Shown: positions 10,057-18,056 of the stretch, piece after piece | Numbering within the stretch: position 1 is the first letter of the stretch | How the letters are laid out: each line of letters opens with the position of its first letter | Source of the DNA: Elusimicrobiota bacterium | GTDB taxonomy: Bacteria > Elusimicrobiota > Elusimicrobia > Elusimicrobiales > UBA9959 | Direction of reading: 5' to 3' | Assembly: GCA_037137395.1 (NCBI GenBank) | Contig: JBAXKK010000022.1 | Location: forward strand, 1 to 31,960 | DNA: 31,960 nt | Notes under the pieces: generated by a model | What the model was told of the DNA's origin: nothing | What the model saw: only the letters and a program-made list of their open reading frames with translations | The model's database searches: none | Position numbers and translations under genes: made by a program

Positions 10057-11508
10057 ATGAACAATCAGAAGAAAGTAAAAAAAGAGATATTCGCAAACAC
10101 CTCTTTTGAAGAAACAAGAATAGCTATTCTGGAAGACGGCCGCCTGGCCGAACTTTTCTGGGAACGCCGGAGCAACACGAATATCGTGGGGAATATTTAT
10201 AAGGCCGTGGTGGAAAATGTGCTGCCCGGCATCTCCAGCGCGTTCGTCAACATCGGTCTGGACAAGAACGCCTATATTTATATTTCGGACGTCTTGGGCA
10301 GCCAGCGCGACCCCATCGAAAGACTGCTTAAAAAAGACCAGGAAGTTATGGTGCAGGTCACTAAGGACGCCATAGGTACTAAGGGTATGAAAGTTACCAT
10401 GGATGTTTCGCTTCCGGGCCGGTACCTGGTCCTGACTCCCTTCCAGGAATTCGTGGGCGTATCCAAGAATATCGAAACCCCCGAGGAAAGAAAGCGCCTC
10501 TCCGAGATCATAAGAAAGATTACGGTCGCTAATGAGCTGGGTAAGAAAGGCTGCATTATGCGCACCGAGGCGGAGGGGGCCAGCGAAGAGGAACTTGAGC
10601 GCGAGCTTAAGTTTTTGTTGCGGCTTTGGGATTCTATCCAGAAGAGTTTTGAGACCGCCCGGCCGCCCTGCCTCCTTCACAAAGACATGGACACGGCGCT
10701 GCAGGTTGCCCGGGACATCCTGTCCGACGATGTGTCCATCTATATGCTGGATAATAAGGACGATTATAAAAACACGCTGGAGTTTGTTACCAAGATATCC
10801 CCGGACCTGAAGGAGCGTGTGAAGTATTACGACAATAAAACCCCCATCTTTAAGGCGTTCAATATCGAAAAAGGGATAGAGGAGCTGCGCAAGATAAAGG
10901 TTGAACTGCCAAACGGCGGCAGTATCATAATTCAGGAAGCCGAATCGCTGTGTGCTATAGACGTCAACACCGGCCGCTTTACCGGCAACCGCTCACAGGA
11001 AGAGACGGTTACGATGACCAATATTGAGGCCGCGCAGGAAGTCGCCAGACAATTGCGCCTGAGGAATATCGGCGGCATCATTGTTATAGATTTTATCGAC
11101 ATGAAAAAAGCGTCCAACCGCCACAAGGTTGTGGATGTTATGGAGGACGCCGTGCGGCGCGACCGGGCGAAGATAAGGATTCTGCCTATCACGCGGCTGG
11201 GTCTGGTTGAGATGACGCGTGAGCGCAAGCGTGAGAGCACAGTCAGCCTTCTTACCGAGGAGTGCCCGGAATGCCACGGCTCAGGCCGGGTGCTTTCAAG
11301 CGAAAGTATCAGAATAAAGATTCAACGCGAGATCCAGAACCTCACTCTCGGCCGTCCGGGCGGAAATCTTCGGGTGGTTGTAAATCCTATGCTGATGGAA
11401 GTTCTGAAAAAGAAACAGGACCTTATCGAAAAAAATGTGCACCGGAGCGTCAAGGTGTTGTCGGATCCCTTGCTGACATGGGAAGACTACAGGATAATAT
11501 TAGAGTAA
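10057..11508 (+). CDS. rng: Ribonuclease G (Rne/Rng family)
   Basis: VGNIYKAVV S1 domain, AIDVNTG, RLRNIGGIIVIDFIDM and CPECHGSG zinc link; lacks the long RNase E C-terminal tail. Confidence 0.93.
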   Translation: MNNQKKVKKEIFANTSFEETRIAILEDGRLAELFWERRSNTNIVGNIYKAVVENVLPGISSAFVNIGLDKNAYIYISDVLGSQRDPIERLLKKDQEVMVQVTKDAIGTKGMKVTMDVSLPGRYLVLTPFQEFVGVSKNIETPEERKRLSEIIRKITVANELGKKGCIMRTEAEGASEEELERELKFLLRLWDSIQKSFETARPPCLLHKDMDTALQVARDILSDDVSIYMLDNKDDYKNTLEFVTKISPDLKERVKYYDNKTPIFKAFNIEKGIEELRKIKVELPNGGSIIIQEAESLCAIDVNTGRFTGNRSQEETVTMTNIEAAQEVARQLRLRNIGGIIVIDFIDMKKASNRHKVVDVMEDAVRRDRAKIRILPITRLGLVEMTRERKRESTVSLLTEECPECHGSGRVLSSESIRIKIQREIQNLTLGRPGGNLRVVVNPMLMEVLKKKQDLIEKNVHRSVKVLSDPLLTWEDYRIILE

Positions 11509-11548
11509 AATATCTCATAGGACGAGACTGAAATATGGAGAGGTTTAA

Positions 11549-13183
11549 ATGCGAACTTTACTAAAAAGAGTTTTACCGGTGGTTTTAATGGTTGCCGCCG
11601 GTTATATTAACGCCGCGGCCAGGGTTGACGACGTAACATATATGAAGAACGGCGGATACGTGGGCAAGATAGGCACTTATACGCTGAATGACACGTTGTA
11701 CCTGGACGCGAATAAGTCGGCTAAGTTGATGGGCGGCAAGATCTACTGGTATCCGGTAAGCGGCAAGCTGCTGCTTCAGAATAAAGGCAACAAAATCCTG
11801 TTCTTTATGAAGTCGGATTCGGTCATGCTGAACGACACAAAGGTCTCTCTCCCTAATCCGCTGATCGTGCGTGGCGGGAGCGCCTTTCTGGCGATGAGTT
11901 TTTTCGTCTCAAAGCATTTTGCCAGGGCTTTCGGGTTCAAGCTGGATTATAACCCGGACACCGGCGTCCTGGCCGCGCAGCAGAAGATAAATATCAGTTC
12001 GATAAACTACTACTCCTATAAGGATAAGACCAGACTGGTTGTCTATATGGAAGAGCCGCTGGAATATCAGACATCACAGAAGGAGAACAATGTTTTTTCC
12101 ATAACCGTGCCCAATGGAGTGGTCGAAGCCGAAGATAAGATTAACATCTCGGACGGAGTGATAACACGCGTGGATGTGTTCCAGGAAAATAAGATGGCCC
12201 GCATTGTAATCACTCCGGGTGACAACTTCGGTAAGGTTTCCTCTTTTAAGCTATCCGGACCCGGTCGGCTTGTTTTTGATATAGAGAAAAGAGAAAAACC
12301 CATATCGCAGAGCATAAACGGCCCCGCCGTTCCCGGGATAGAACCGCCTTCGCCGGCCGTCGGTGCCGAAATCCGGGTAATTGCCCCCGACGCTCAGGGC
12401 TCTGACGCGGTCGCGTCGGCACTCTCAACCGGGGTGGAAGCCGGGGGGTACGCTTCTCCCGCGGGTGTTAATATCCCGGATAAGTTCGTGCTGGATAAAG
12501 GGGGACGTAAGCGGATAGTTATAGATGCGGGACATGGCGGCAAAGATGCCGGCGGCAGAAAAGCGTTCGGTCTCAGGGAAAAGGAAATAAATCTGCTGAT
12601 GGCTAAGGAACTTTACAACATCTTCAAAGATGAGGATATATTCGACGTGATCCTTACCCGCGATTCCGATGTTTTTGTCCCGCTTAACAAAAGGCCGGAT
12701 ATCGCCAACAACTATAAAGCGGATATCTTTATCTCTATCCACGCCAATGCTTCGCGCGACAGGCGCGAAAAAGGCTTTGAAGTTTATTTTATGTCGGAAA
12801 ACGCCTCGGACCCCTGGGCCGCGGAAGTCGCCGATTACGAAAACTCTGTTGTCGGCCTTGAGGATAGCGCGGAGCCATCCGACGCCTCGGCTATGCTGCT
12901 GCACTCCCTGGCCAGGAATGAGTATGTCAATGAAGGCAGTCAACTGGCCGGACTTATATCCAAGGAACTTGAAAAAAGCACGCCGTTCGTCAACCGCGGT
13001 GTCAAGCAGGCCGCCTTCTACGTCCTGCGCGGTACCTACACCCCCGGTGTTCTGGTAGAATTGGGCTTCATGACCAATACCAGGGATCAGAAGGACATGA
13101 ACGATAAAAAGGTGCGCGCCAAGGCGGCCAATGCCATCTATAAGGGTATAATGAAATACGTGCAGTTGAAAAAGTGGAAGTAA
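11549..13183 (+). CDS. N-acetylmuramoyl-L-alanine amidase (signal peptide, AMIN-like region, Amidase_3)
   Basis: IVIDAGHGGKD, EKEINL, FISIHANA and VLVELGF zinc-amidase motifs; GPGRLVFDI AMIN-like strand. Confidence 0.93.
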   Translation: MRTLLKRVLPVVLMVAAGYINAAARVDDVTYMKNGGYVGKIGTYTLNDTLYLDANKSAKLMGGKIYWYPVSGKLLLQNKGNKILFFMKSDSVMLNDTKVSLPNPLIVRGGSAFLAMSFFVSKHFARAFGFKLDYNPDTGVLAAQQKINISSINYYSYKDKTRLVVYMEEPLEYQTSQKENNVFSITVPNGVVEAEDKINISDGVITRVDVFQENKMARIVITPGDNFGKVSSFKLSGPGRLVFDIEKREKPISQSINGPAVPGIEPPSPAVGAEIRVIAPDAQGSDAVASALSTGVEAGGYASPAGVNIPDKFVLDKGGRKRIVIDAGHGGKDAGGRKAFGLREKEINLLMAKELYNIFKDEDIFDVILTRDSDVFVPLNKRPDIANNYKADIFISIHANASRDRREKGFEVYFMSENASDPWAAEVADYENSVVGLEDSAEPSDASAMLLHSLARNEYVNEGSQLAGLISKELEKSTPFVNRGVKQAAFYVLRGTYTPGVLVELGFMTNTRDQKDMNDKKVRAKAANAIYKGIMKYVQLKKWK

Positions 13184-13189
13184 GTAAAT

Positions 13190-13344
13190 TAGCAATTTAG
13201 ACGTAAAGCCAGTTAGACATAAAGCAATTTAGTGGCGAGAAGCAAAGCCGTCTGGATGTAAAGCCAGTTAGAAGTAAAGCAATCTGGAGGTAAGGAAGCA
13301 AAGTCTGCGCTAAATTGCTTTGCATCCAGGCTGCTTTGCCTCTA
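13190..13344 (+). repeat. Composite palindromic repeat element, copy A (16-bp units)
   Basis: Tandem units AAAGCCAGTTAGACAT, AAAGCCGTCTGGATGT, AAAGCCAGTTAGAAGT and AAAGCAATCTGGAGGT; core AAGGAAGCAAAGTCTGCGC; then inverted units TAAATTGCTTT-GCATCCAGGCTGCTTT-GCCTCTA. Confidence 0.9.
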
Positions 13345-13361
13345 TACGAGCCACAGATTTT

Positions 13362-14162
13362 ATGATAAATCGAAAAAGTCCGATAGGTATCTTCGATTCG
13401 GGACTGGGCGGGCTCACTGTATTCAGGGCCGTCAGGCGGCTTATGCCTTGCGAGAATATTATTTATTTCGGGGACACGGCGCGCGTTCCTTACGGCACCA
13501 AGTCAAAGGAAGCGGTTATCGATTTTTCCAAAGAGATTACGGCGCTGCTTTCAGGCCGCGGAGTAAAGCTTATTATAGTGGCCTGCAACACGGCCTCCTC
13601 GCTTGCCCTGTCGGAGGCGCGCAAAATTTCGAAAGTGCCCGTGATTGGCGTCATAGAGCCAGGCGCCAGAGCCGCCGCCGTCGCCACCGCCAATAATCGT
13701 ATTCTGGTGACCGGAACCACCGCTACCATATCGAGCGGAGCCTACGGCCGGGCCCTTAAAAAACTTAAACCCGGAGTAAGGGTGTATGAAAAAGCGTGTC
13801 CGCTGTTCGTGCCGCTTGTTGAAGAGGGATGGTGCGCTAAACCGCTGACGGAACTGGTTGCTTGCGAATATCTGAAACCGCTTAAAAAAAAGGGCTTTGA
13901 TACGGTAATATTGGGCTGCACCCACTACCCGCTGCTGAAGAACGTGATAGCGCGGGTACTGGGCGGCGGAGTTAAGATCGTGGATTCGGCTGCGGCCGCG
14001 GCTGCGGAGGCCATGACCAACCTGGCTTCCAGAAAGCTGCTGAACGCGTCCGGCAGGGGGAGGATCCGGTTTATTGCAAGTGACGCTCCCGAGAAATTTA
14101 AAACTCTGGCGCTGCGGCTCCTCGGTATAAAAACCGGCCGCGTGGAAGTGCATAGATTCTAG
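13362..14162 (+). CDS. murI: Glutamate racemase
   Basis: IGIFDSGLGGL, GDTARVPYG, VACNTAS and LGCTHYP motifs. Start set to ATG 13362 because the TTG at 13320 lies inside the repeat. Confidence 0.97.
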   Translation: MINRKSPIGIFDSGLGGLTVFRAVRRLMPCENIIYFGDTARVPYGTKSKEAVIDFSKEITALLSGRGVKLIIVACNTASSLALSEARKISKVPVIGVIEPGARAAAVATANNRILVTGTTATISSGAYGRALKKLKPGVRVYEKACPLFVPLVEEGWCAKPLTELVACEYLKPLKKKGFDTVILGCTHYPLLKNVIARVLGGGVKIVDSAAAAAAEAMTNLASRKLLNASGRGRIRFIASDAPEKFKTLALRLLGIKTGRVEVHRF

Positions 14163-14179
14163 CCACACTAGGAGGGATT

Positions 14180-14674
14180 ATGAAAACAGTATTAAGTCTT
14201 GCTTTTGTATTATTCCTGGCCGCGCCCGCTTGCGGTCAGGACGAGACCATATCTACCGGGACCGTGACAGCGGTTCAGTCTCGGGCAAAACAGGCTTCGA
14301 AGCGGAAAGCCGTTTCGGTGCAGAAAGAGTACGGTAAATCCGCTCCGATCGGGATCAAGACCGAAAAAAACGAGCCCGCCAGGGGCGCGCAGTCTGAGGA
14401 AGAGGGGGCCGTAATAATAGATACCAGAGGTGACGAAGATTATGTCGGCCGATTTTCAGATAATGAGCCCTCAACGGCGGAGCCGGAGGAGCCCGTAGTG
14501 CCGGGAGGGATGCCCGCTTCGTACGGGCAGCTTAAAGGAACGCTGAACGATGGCGGCAGGAATCTGCTGGTCTTTGAGAACGAGGAGGGGAGTGTCTCTT
14601 TTGTGCAGATTTTCATGGGGAAGGCCGCCGTGAGCTGGAAGCTTATATCACGGATATACCGTAGCGCGGACTAG
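14180..14674 (+). CDS. Exported hypothetical protein
   Basis: GGAGG RBS, N-terminal signal peptide, low-complexity middle region and a short beta-rich C-terminal domain. Confidence 0.75.
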   Translation: MKTVLSLAFVLFLAAPACGQDETISTGTVTAVQSRAKQASKRKAVSVQKEYGKSAPIGIKTEKNEPARGAQSEEEGAVIIDTRGDEDYVGRFSDNEPSTAEPEEPVVPGGMPASYGQLKGTLNDGGRNLLVFENEEGSVSFVQIFMGKAAVSWKLISRIYRSAD

Positions 14675-14761
14675 CGCAGCAGCAAAGATATAAGCTCGCC
14701 TGAGGTAAAAAACAAACATTTAATGCCCTGTTTTTAATAGAATATGTTTAAGAGGTAAGTT

Positions 14762-14950
14762 ATGAAAAGAAAAGATCTTGTCCGGTACCTGGTAGCTAAC
14801 GGCTGCCTGCTTTCAAGGGAGGGCGGTAAGTATTCTGTTTTCACCAATCCCGCCACCAGTAAAGAAATTCCCGTCACACGGCATACCGAGATAGCGGATT
14901 TTACCGTGAGGAAGATATGCAGGGAGCTTGGTTTAGAGCCACCCAGATGA
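14762..14950 (+). CDS. hicA: HicA-family toxin-like protein (catalytic His replaced by Tyr)
   Basis: MKRKDLVRYL..NGC...REGGK(Y)SVFTNP...V.RH.EI....RKICRELG matches the HicA dsRBD-like pattern; GAGGT RBS. Confidence 0.85.
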   Translation: MKRKDLVRYLVANGCLLSREGGKYSVFTNPATSKEIPVTRHTEIADFTVRKICRELGLEPPR

Positions 14951-15333
14951 GTAAGGCGTTTTTTTTTGCGCCGATCATTCTGGCCGCCGCCTGCGCCGCT
15001 TCAAAGCCAGATATAATCCAGGTCGGGCCTTGGTTTCCCGCCAGATCCGCCGCTGAAGTGCAGGTCTTCTCCTCAAAGGAGGAGACGGCCAAACCATGGG
15101 GCGCCATCGCCATCATCCACAGTCAAAGATTCCCCGTCGACGATAAGTCCGGTTTGAACCGCCAGAAAAAAATGGCCAGGAAGATGGCTGCCGGGATAGG
15201 CGCCGACGGCCTCATAATCGGAGAAGAAACCGTGACTGGCGGGGATCAGCTTGGAGTTTATCAGGAGCTGGAAACCTTTATCAGCGCCCTCGCCTTCAAA
15301 TATGTCACAGATATTTCAACGGCCGCAAAATAG
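14947..15333 (+). CDS. Putative lipoprotein
   Basis: ATGA overlap with the hicA stop; MSKAFFFAPIILAAAC lipobox-like signal; KMAAGIGADGLII resembles the YbjQ/dodecin-like A..GAD..I motif. Confidence 0.75.
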   Translation: MSKAFFFAPIILAAACAASKPDIIQVGPWFPARSAAEVQVFSSKEETAKPWGAIAIIHSQRFPVDDKSGLNRQKKMARKMAAGIGADGLIIGEETVTGGDQLGVYQELETFISALAFKYVTDISTAAK

Positions 15334-16018
15334 CCGCGGCTTAGTAAAAGTCGCTTATGAGCCGCAGGAAGCCAGGATATGGCGCGGCCGCGGCATAGTC
15401 ATAGACCTGTTCAGGTTTTCCAATACGGTTTGCGCCCTCTTAAAAAGCGGCCGCAGGGACATCAGGATGTACTCTGATCCCGCCCGCGCCGTGGCCGTAA
15501 AAGCTATTGAAAAAGAATCTGATTTGTTTTCCGAGATTGACTTTCCGCCGGAAGTGGATAAATACGACAACTCACCCTACATAGCTCTGCACTCTTCAGA
15601 CGCCTCACGGTCGGCGCTGATCGTCACCAATTCCGGCTCCCCGGCTGTCGCGTCGCTGATAAAGGCTGAAGAGATCCTTATAGGCTGTTTCGCTAATATG
15701 CCCTTTGTGGCGCGGCACTGTCAGGAAAAACCGATGGACACGCTTATCGTTCCAGCCTGTCTGTATTACGACAAAAAACATGTCGAGGATTTTATTTGCG
15801 CGCGCGCTTTTGCCGACGCCATTGAGGGCCGTGAATCGTTCGCGGCGGCGCTGGATGAGGTACGCCTGAGCGCCAGGATGTCGGACTTCATGGCTTTCAG
15901 ACCGGAGACCGGGAAGCGCGACCTGGATATAATATTGGAGAATGGGACAATGGATGTGGTGCCCCTGGTGAAGCTGTCCGGAGCGTGCGGGACGATAACA
16001 GACGCGTCAGATATTTAA
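15302..16018 (+). CDS. 2-phosphosulfolactate phosphatase (ComB)-like protein
   Basis: IVIDLFRFSNTV, DNSP, TNSGS, IGCFAN and EDFICA correspond to ComB motifs (VIDVLR, GNSP, TTNGT, EDxxCA). Start codon uncertain. Confidence 0.75.
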   Translation: MSQIFQRPQNSRGLVKVAYEPQEARIWRGRGIVIDLFRFSNTVCALLKSGRRDIRMYSDPARAVAVKAIEKESDLFSEIDFPPEVDKYDNSPYIALHSSDASRSALIVTNSGSPAVASLIKAEEILIGCFANMPFVARHCQEKPMDTLIVPACLYYDKKHVEDFICARAFADAIEGRESFAAALDEVRLSARMSDFMAFRPETGKRDLDIILENGTMDVVPLVKLSGACGTITDASDI

Positions 16019-16023
16019 ATTCT

Positions 16024-16701
16024 ATGAAAATTAAAAAAGCCGTAGTTCTTTTTTCAGGCGGGTTGGATTCCACCACCGCCCTTTGCTGGGCCATGGACCA
16101 GGGTTACGACTGCGCGGCCGTTTCCTTTGATTACGGCCAGCGTCACAGAAAGGAGAACCTCTGCGCGCGCCGCATAGCCGCAGCCCTCGGCGTTAAGCTT
16201 TATGAGATTAAGCTGGATTTCCCATGGCTGGAAGTCAGTTCTCTTGTTGATAATAAAAAAAGGCTGCCAAAATTCAGTCTTTCAAAAATAGGCCACGGGG
16301 GGGGGATTCCGTCCACGTATGTTCCGGGCAGGAACCTCGTGTTCGCTTCGATAGGGGTCTCGCTTGCCGATTCTATCGGAGCCGCCGCCGTAGTTATGGG
16401 GCCCAATGTCATAGATTATTCCGGCTACCCGGATTGTCGACCTGAATTTTACCGGGCGCTTGAAAAAGCCGTGGCGGCCGGTACCCGCCAGGGCGCGTCA
16501 GGTAAAAAAATAAAGCTGCTCACGCCGCTTATACGTCTCAGCAAGAAAGAGATCATAGAGCTGGCCGTTCGGCTGGCCGCTCCGCTCCGGCACTCTTGGT
16601 CGTGTTATGCCGGGGGGGTCGCTCCATGCGGGCGGTGCGACTCCTGTAAGCTGAGAGCCAAAGGGTTTAAGGACGCCGGCATGAAGGATCCGGCGCTTTA
16701 G
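16024..16701 (+). CDS. queC: 7-cyano-7-deazaguanine synthase
   Basis: VLFSGGLDS, FDYGQRH, STYVPGRN, DYSGYPDCR and SCY...CGRCDSC motifs. Confidence 0.97.
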   Translation: MKIKKAVVLFSGGLDSTTALCWAMDQGYDCAAVSFDYGQRHRKENLCARRIAAALGVKLYEIKLDFPWLEVSSLVDNKKRLPKFSLSKIGHGGGIPSTYVPGRNLVFASIGVSLADSIGAAAVVMGPNVIDYSGYPDCRPEFYRALEKAVAAGTRQGASGKKIKLLTPLIRLSKKEIIELAVRLAAPLRHSWSCYAGGVAPCGRCDSCKLRAKGFKDAGMKDPAL

Positions 16702-16790
16702 ATGCAAAGCAGTTTAGAAGCAAAGCAATTTAGCGCAGACTTTGCATCCTTACCTCCAGACTGCTTTGCTTCTAAATGTCTTTACCTTCT
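16697..16790 (-). repeat. Composite palindromic repeat element, copy B (inverted relative to A and C)
   Basis: GCAAAGCAATTTAGCGCAGACTTTGCATCCTTACCTCCAGACTGCTTT (16720-16767) is the reverse complement of copy A 13276-13323 with 2 mismatches. The element overlaps the queC stop codon. Confidence 0.9.
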
Positions 16791-16796
16791 GATATT

Positions 16797-17480
16797 ATGA
16801 AAGCGAAAATCTACGAAATATTTGTTTCCATACAGGGAGAAGGGCTTTACGCCGGCCAGAAACAGGTTTTTGTAAGGTTCGCAGGCTGTAATCTTGGCTG
16901 TGCCTATTGCGATGAGCCCGCGGCCGGGAGCCGGGGGAAGCTGGCCGCACTTTCCGGAATCAAAAAAAAGATAAAACAAATGGCGCTTAAAGAACGCGTC
17001 CGGTCGGTTTCCTTCACGGGGGGGGAACCGCTGCTGCAGCCTGCCGCCCTCAGGGAACTGGCTTTATACGCCCGCAGCCTGGGTCTTAAAACCCATCTGG
17101 AAACCAACGGCGTCTGCTATCGGGAACTTGCGGGGTTGCTAACCGCGATAGACGTGGTGGCCGCTGATATAAAACTTCCGGGGCCTACTGGCAAAGCGCT
17201 GTGGGCTGAGCATAAAAAATTTCTCTCCCTGGCTCCGGAAAAAACTTTCGTGAAAATAGTGGTAACTTCTAAAACTACGCTGGCAGAAATTAAAAAGGGA
17301 GCGGAGTTGGCCGCTTCGGTGCGCGCCGGCATGCCGTTCTTTATCCAGCCGGTAACGCCCATTGGCCTTTTAGAGCCGCCTTCGGTAGCTCAATTGGCGG
17401 CTTTTTACCGGGCAGCTATTTTACAGCTTGAAGATGTCCGGATACTCCCCCAGATGCATAAGTTATGGGGAATAAAGTAG
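16797..17480 (+). CDS. queE: 7-carboxy-7-deazaguanine synthase (radical SAM)
   Basis: EIFVSIQGEG, FVRFAGCNLGCAYCD (CxxxCxxC), TGGEPLLQ, ETNG and PQMHK motifs; adjacent to queC. Confidence 0.93.
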   Translation: MKAKIYEIFVSIQGEGLYAGQKQVFVRFAGCNLGCAYCDEPAAGSRGKLAALSGIKKKIKQMALKERVRSVSFTGGEPLLQPAALRELALYARSLGLKTHLETNGVCYRELAGLLTAIDVVAADIKLPGPTGKALWAEHKKFLSLAPEKTFVKIVVTSKTTLAEIKKGAELAASVRAGMPFFIQPVTPIGLLEPPSVAQLAAFYRAAILQLEDVRILPQMHKLWGIK

Positions 17481-17485
17481 AAGTG

Positions 17486-17625
17486 TAGATGTAAAGCCGG
17501 TCAGAGGCAAAGCAAACTAGCAATTTAGACGTAAGGCCAGTTGGAAGTAAGGCAGTCTGGAGGTAAGGAGGCAAAGTCTATAAGGCTAAACTGCTTTGCA
17601 TCCAAATTGCTTTGCCTCTAAACTG
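17486..17625 (+). repeat. Composite palindromic repeat element, copy C
   Basis: AAAGCCGGTCAGAGGC..TAGCAATTTAGACGT-AAGGCCAGTTGGAAGT-AAGGCAGTCTGGAGGT; core AAGGAGGCAAAGTCTATAAGGC; then TAAACTGCTTT-GCATCCAAATTGCTTT-GCCTCTAAACTG. Confidence 0.9.
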
Positions 17626-17652
17626 TTGTCCATCCTAACTCCTGGAGACTTT

Positions 17653-17958
17653 ATGGAAGAAGAAACCTTTCTTATAGATTGTCCCTGCTGCAAGGCGCGG
17701 ATAGAAGTGGAAAAAAAGACCGGTAAAGTTCTCAGGCACTGGGTAAAACCAGAAGTTAAAGAGGGCGCTGACCAGATGCAGGAAGCCCTGAAAAAGATAA
17801 AGGATGACAAGTCCAGGCTGGATGATTATTTTTCCAAAGCGCAGGGCGATATGGAGCGGAAGAAAAAAGAGCTTCTGGATAATTTTGAAAAAGAGAAGAA
17901 GCGCATAAAAGATTCCGGCGACACCTCACGGCCCATAAATCCCATGGATCTGGACTAA
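17653..17958 (+). CDS. Small hypothetical protein with N-terminal CPCC metal-binding motif and coiled coil
   Basis: GGAG RBS; IDCPCCKARIEVEKKTGKV followed by a K/E-rich helix and a C-terminal RPINPMDLD. Confidence 0.8.
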   Translation: MEEETFLIDCPCCKARIEVEKKTGKVLRHWVKPEVKEGADQMQEALKKIKDDKSRLDDYFSKAQGDMERKKKELLDNFEKEKKRIKDSGDTSRPINPMDLD

Positions 17959-17985
17959 CTTGGTGTGAGTAAGGTGTTTGTCGCT

Positions 17986-18015
17986 AAAGGGCCCAGACCA
18001 GTCTGGGCCTTTTTT
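17986..18015 (+). terminator. Rho-independent terminator
   Basis: AAAGGGCCCAGAC-CA-GTCTGGGCC-TTTTTT hairpin with a U-tract. Confidence 0.85.
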
Positions 18016-18056
18016 ATGTCCTTTTATGCCTCTTTGACCCTTTAAAAAATAGCCGG

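Noticed and set aside
15960..16800. preQ1 riboswitch upstream of queC/queE
   Set aside because: queC starts 5 nt after the previous stop, the queC-queE gap is filled by the repeat element, and no preQ1 consensus is visible.
13190..17625. CRISPR array interpretation of the 16-bp repeats
   Set aside because: Units are degenerate, directly abutting and switch orientation. There are no unique 30-40 bp spacers and no cas genes in the window.
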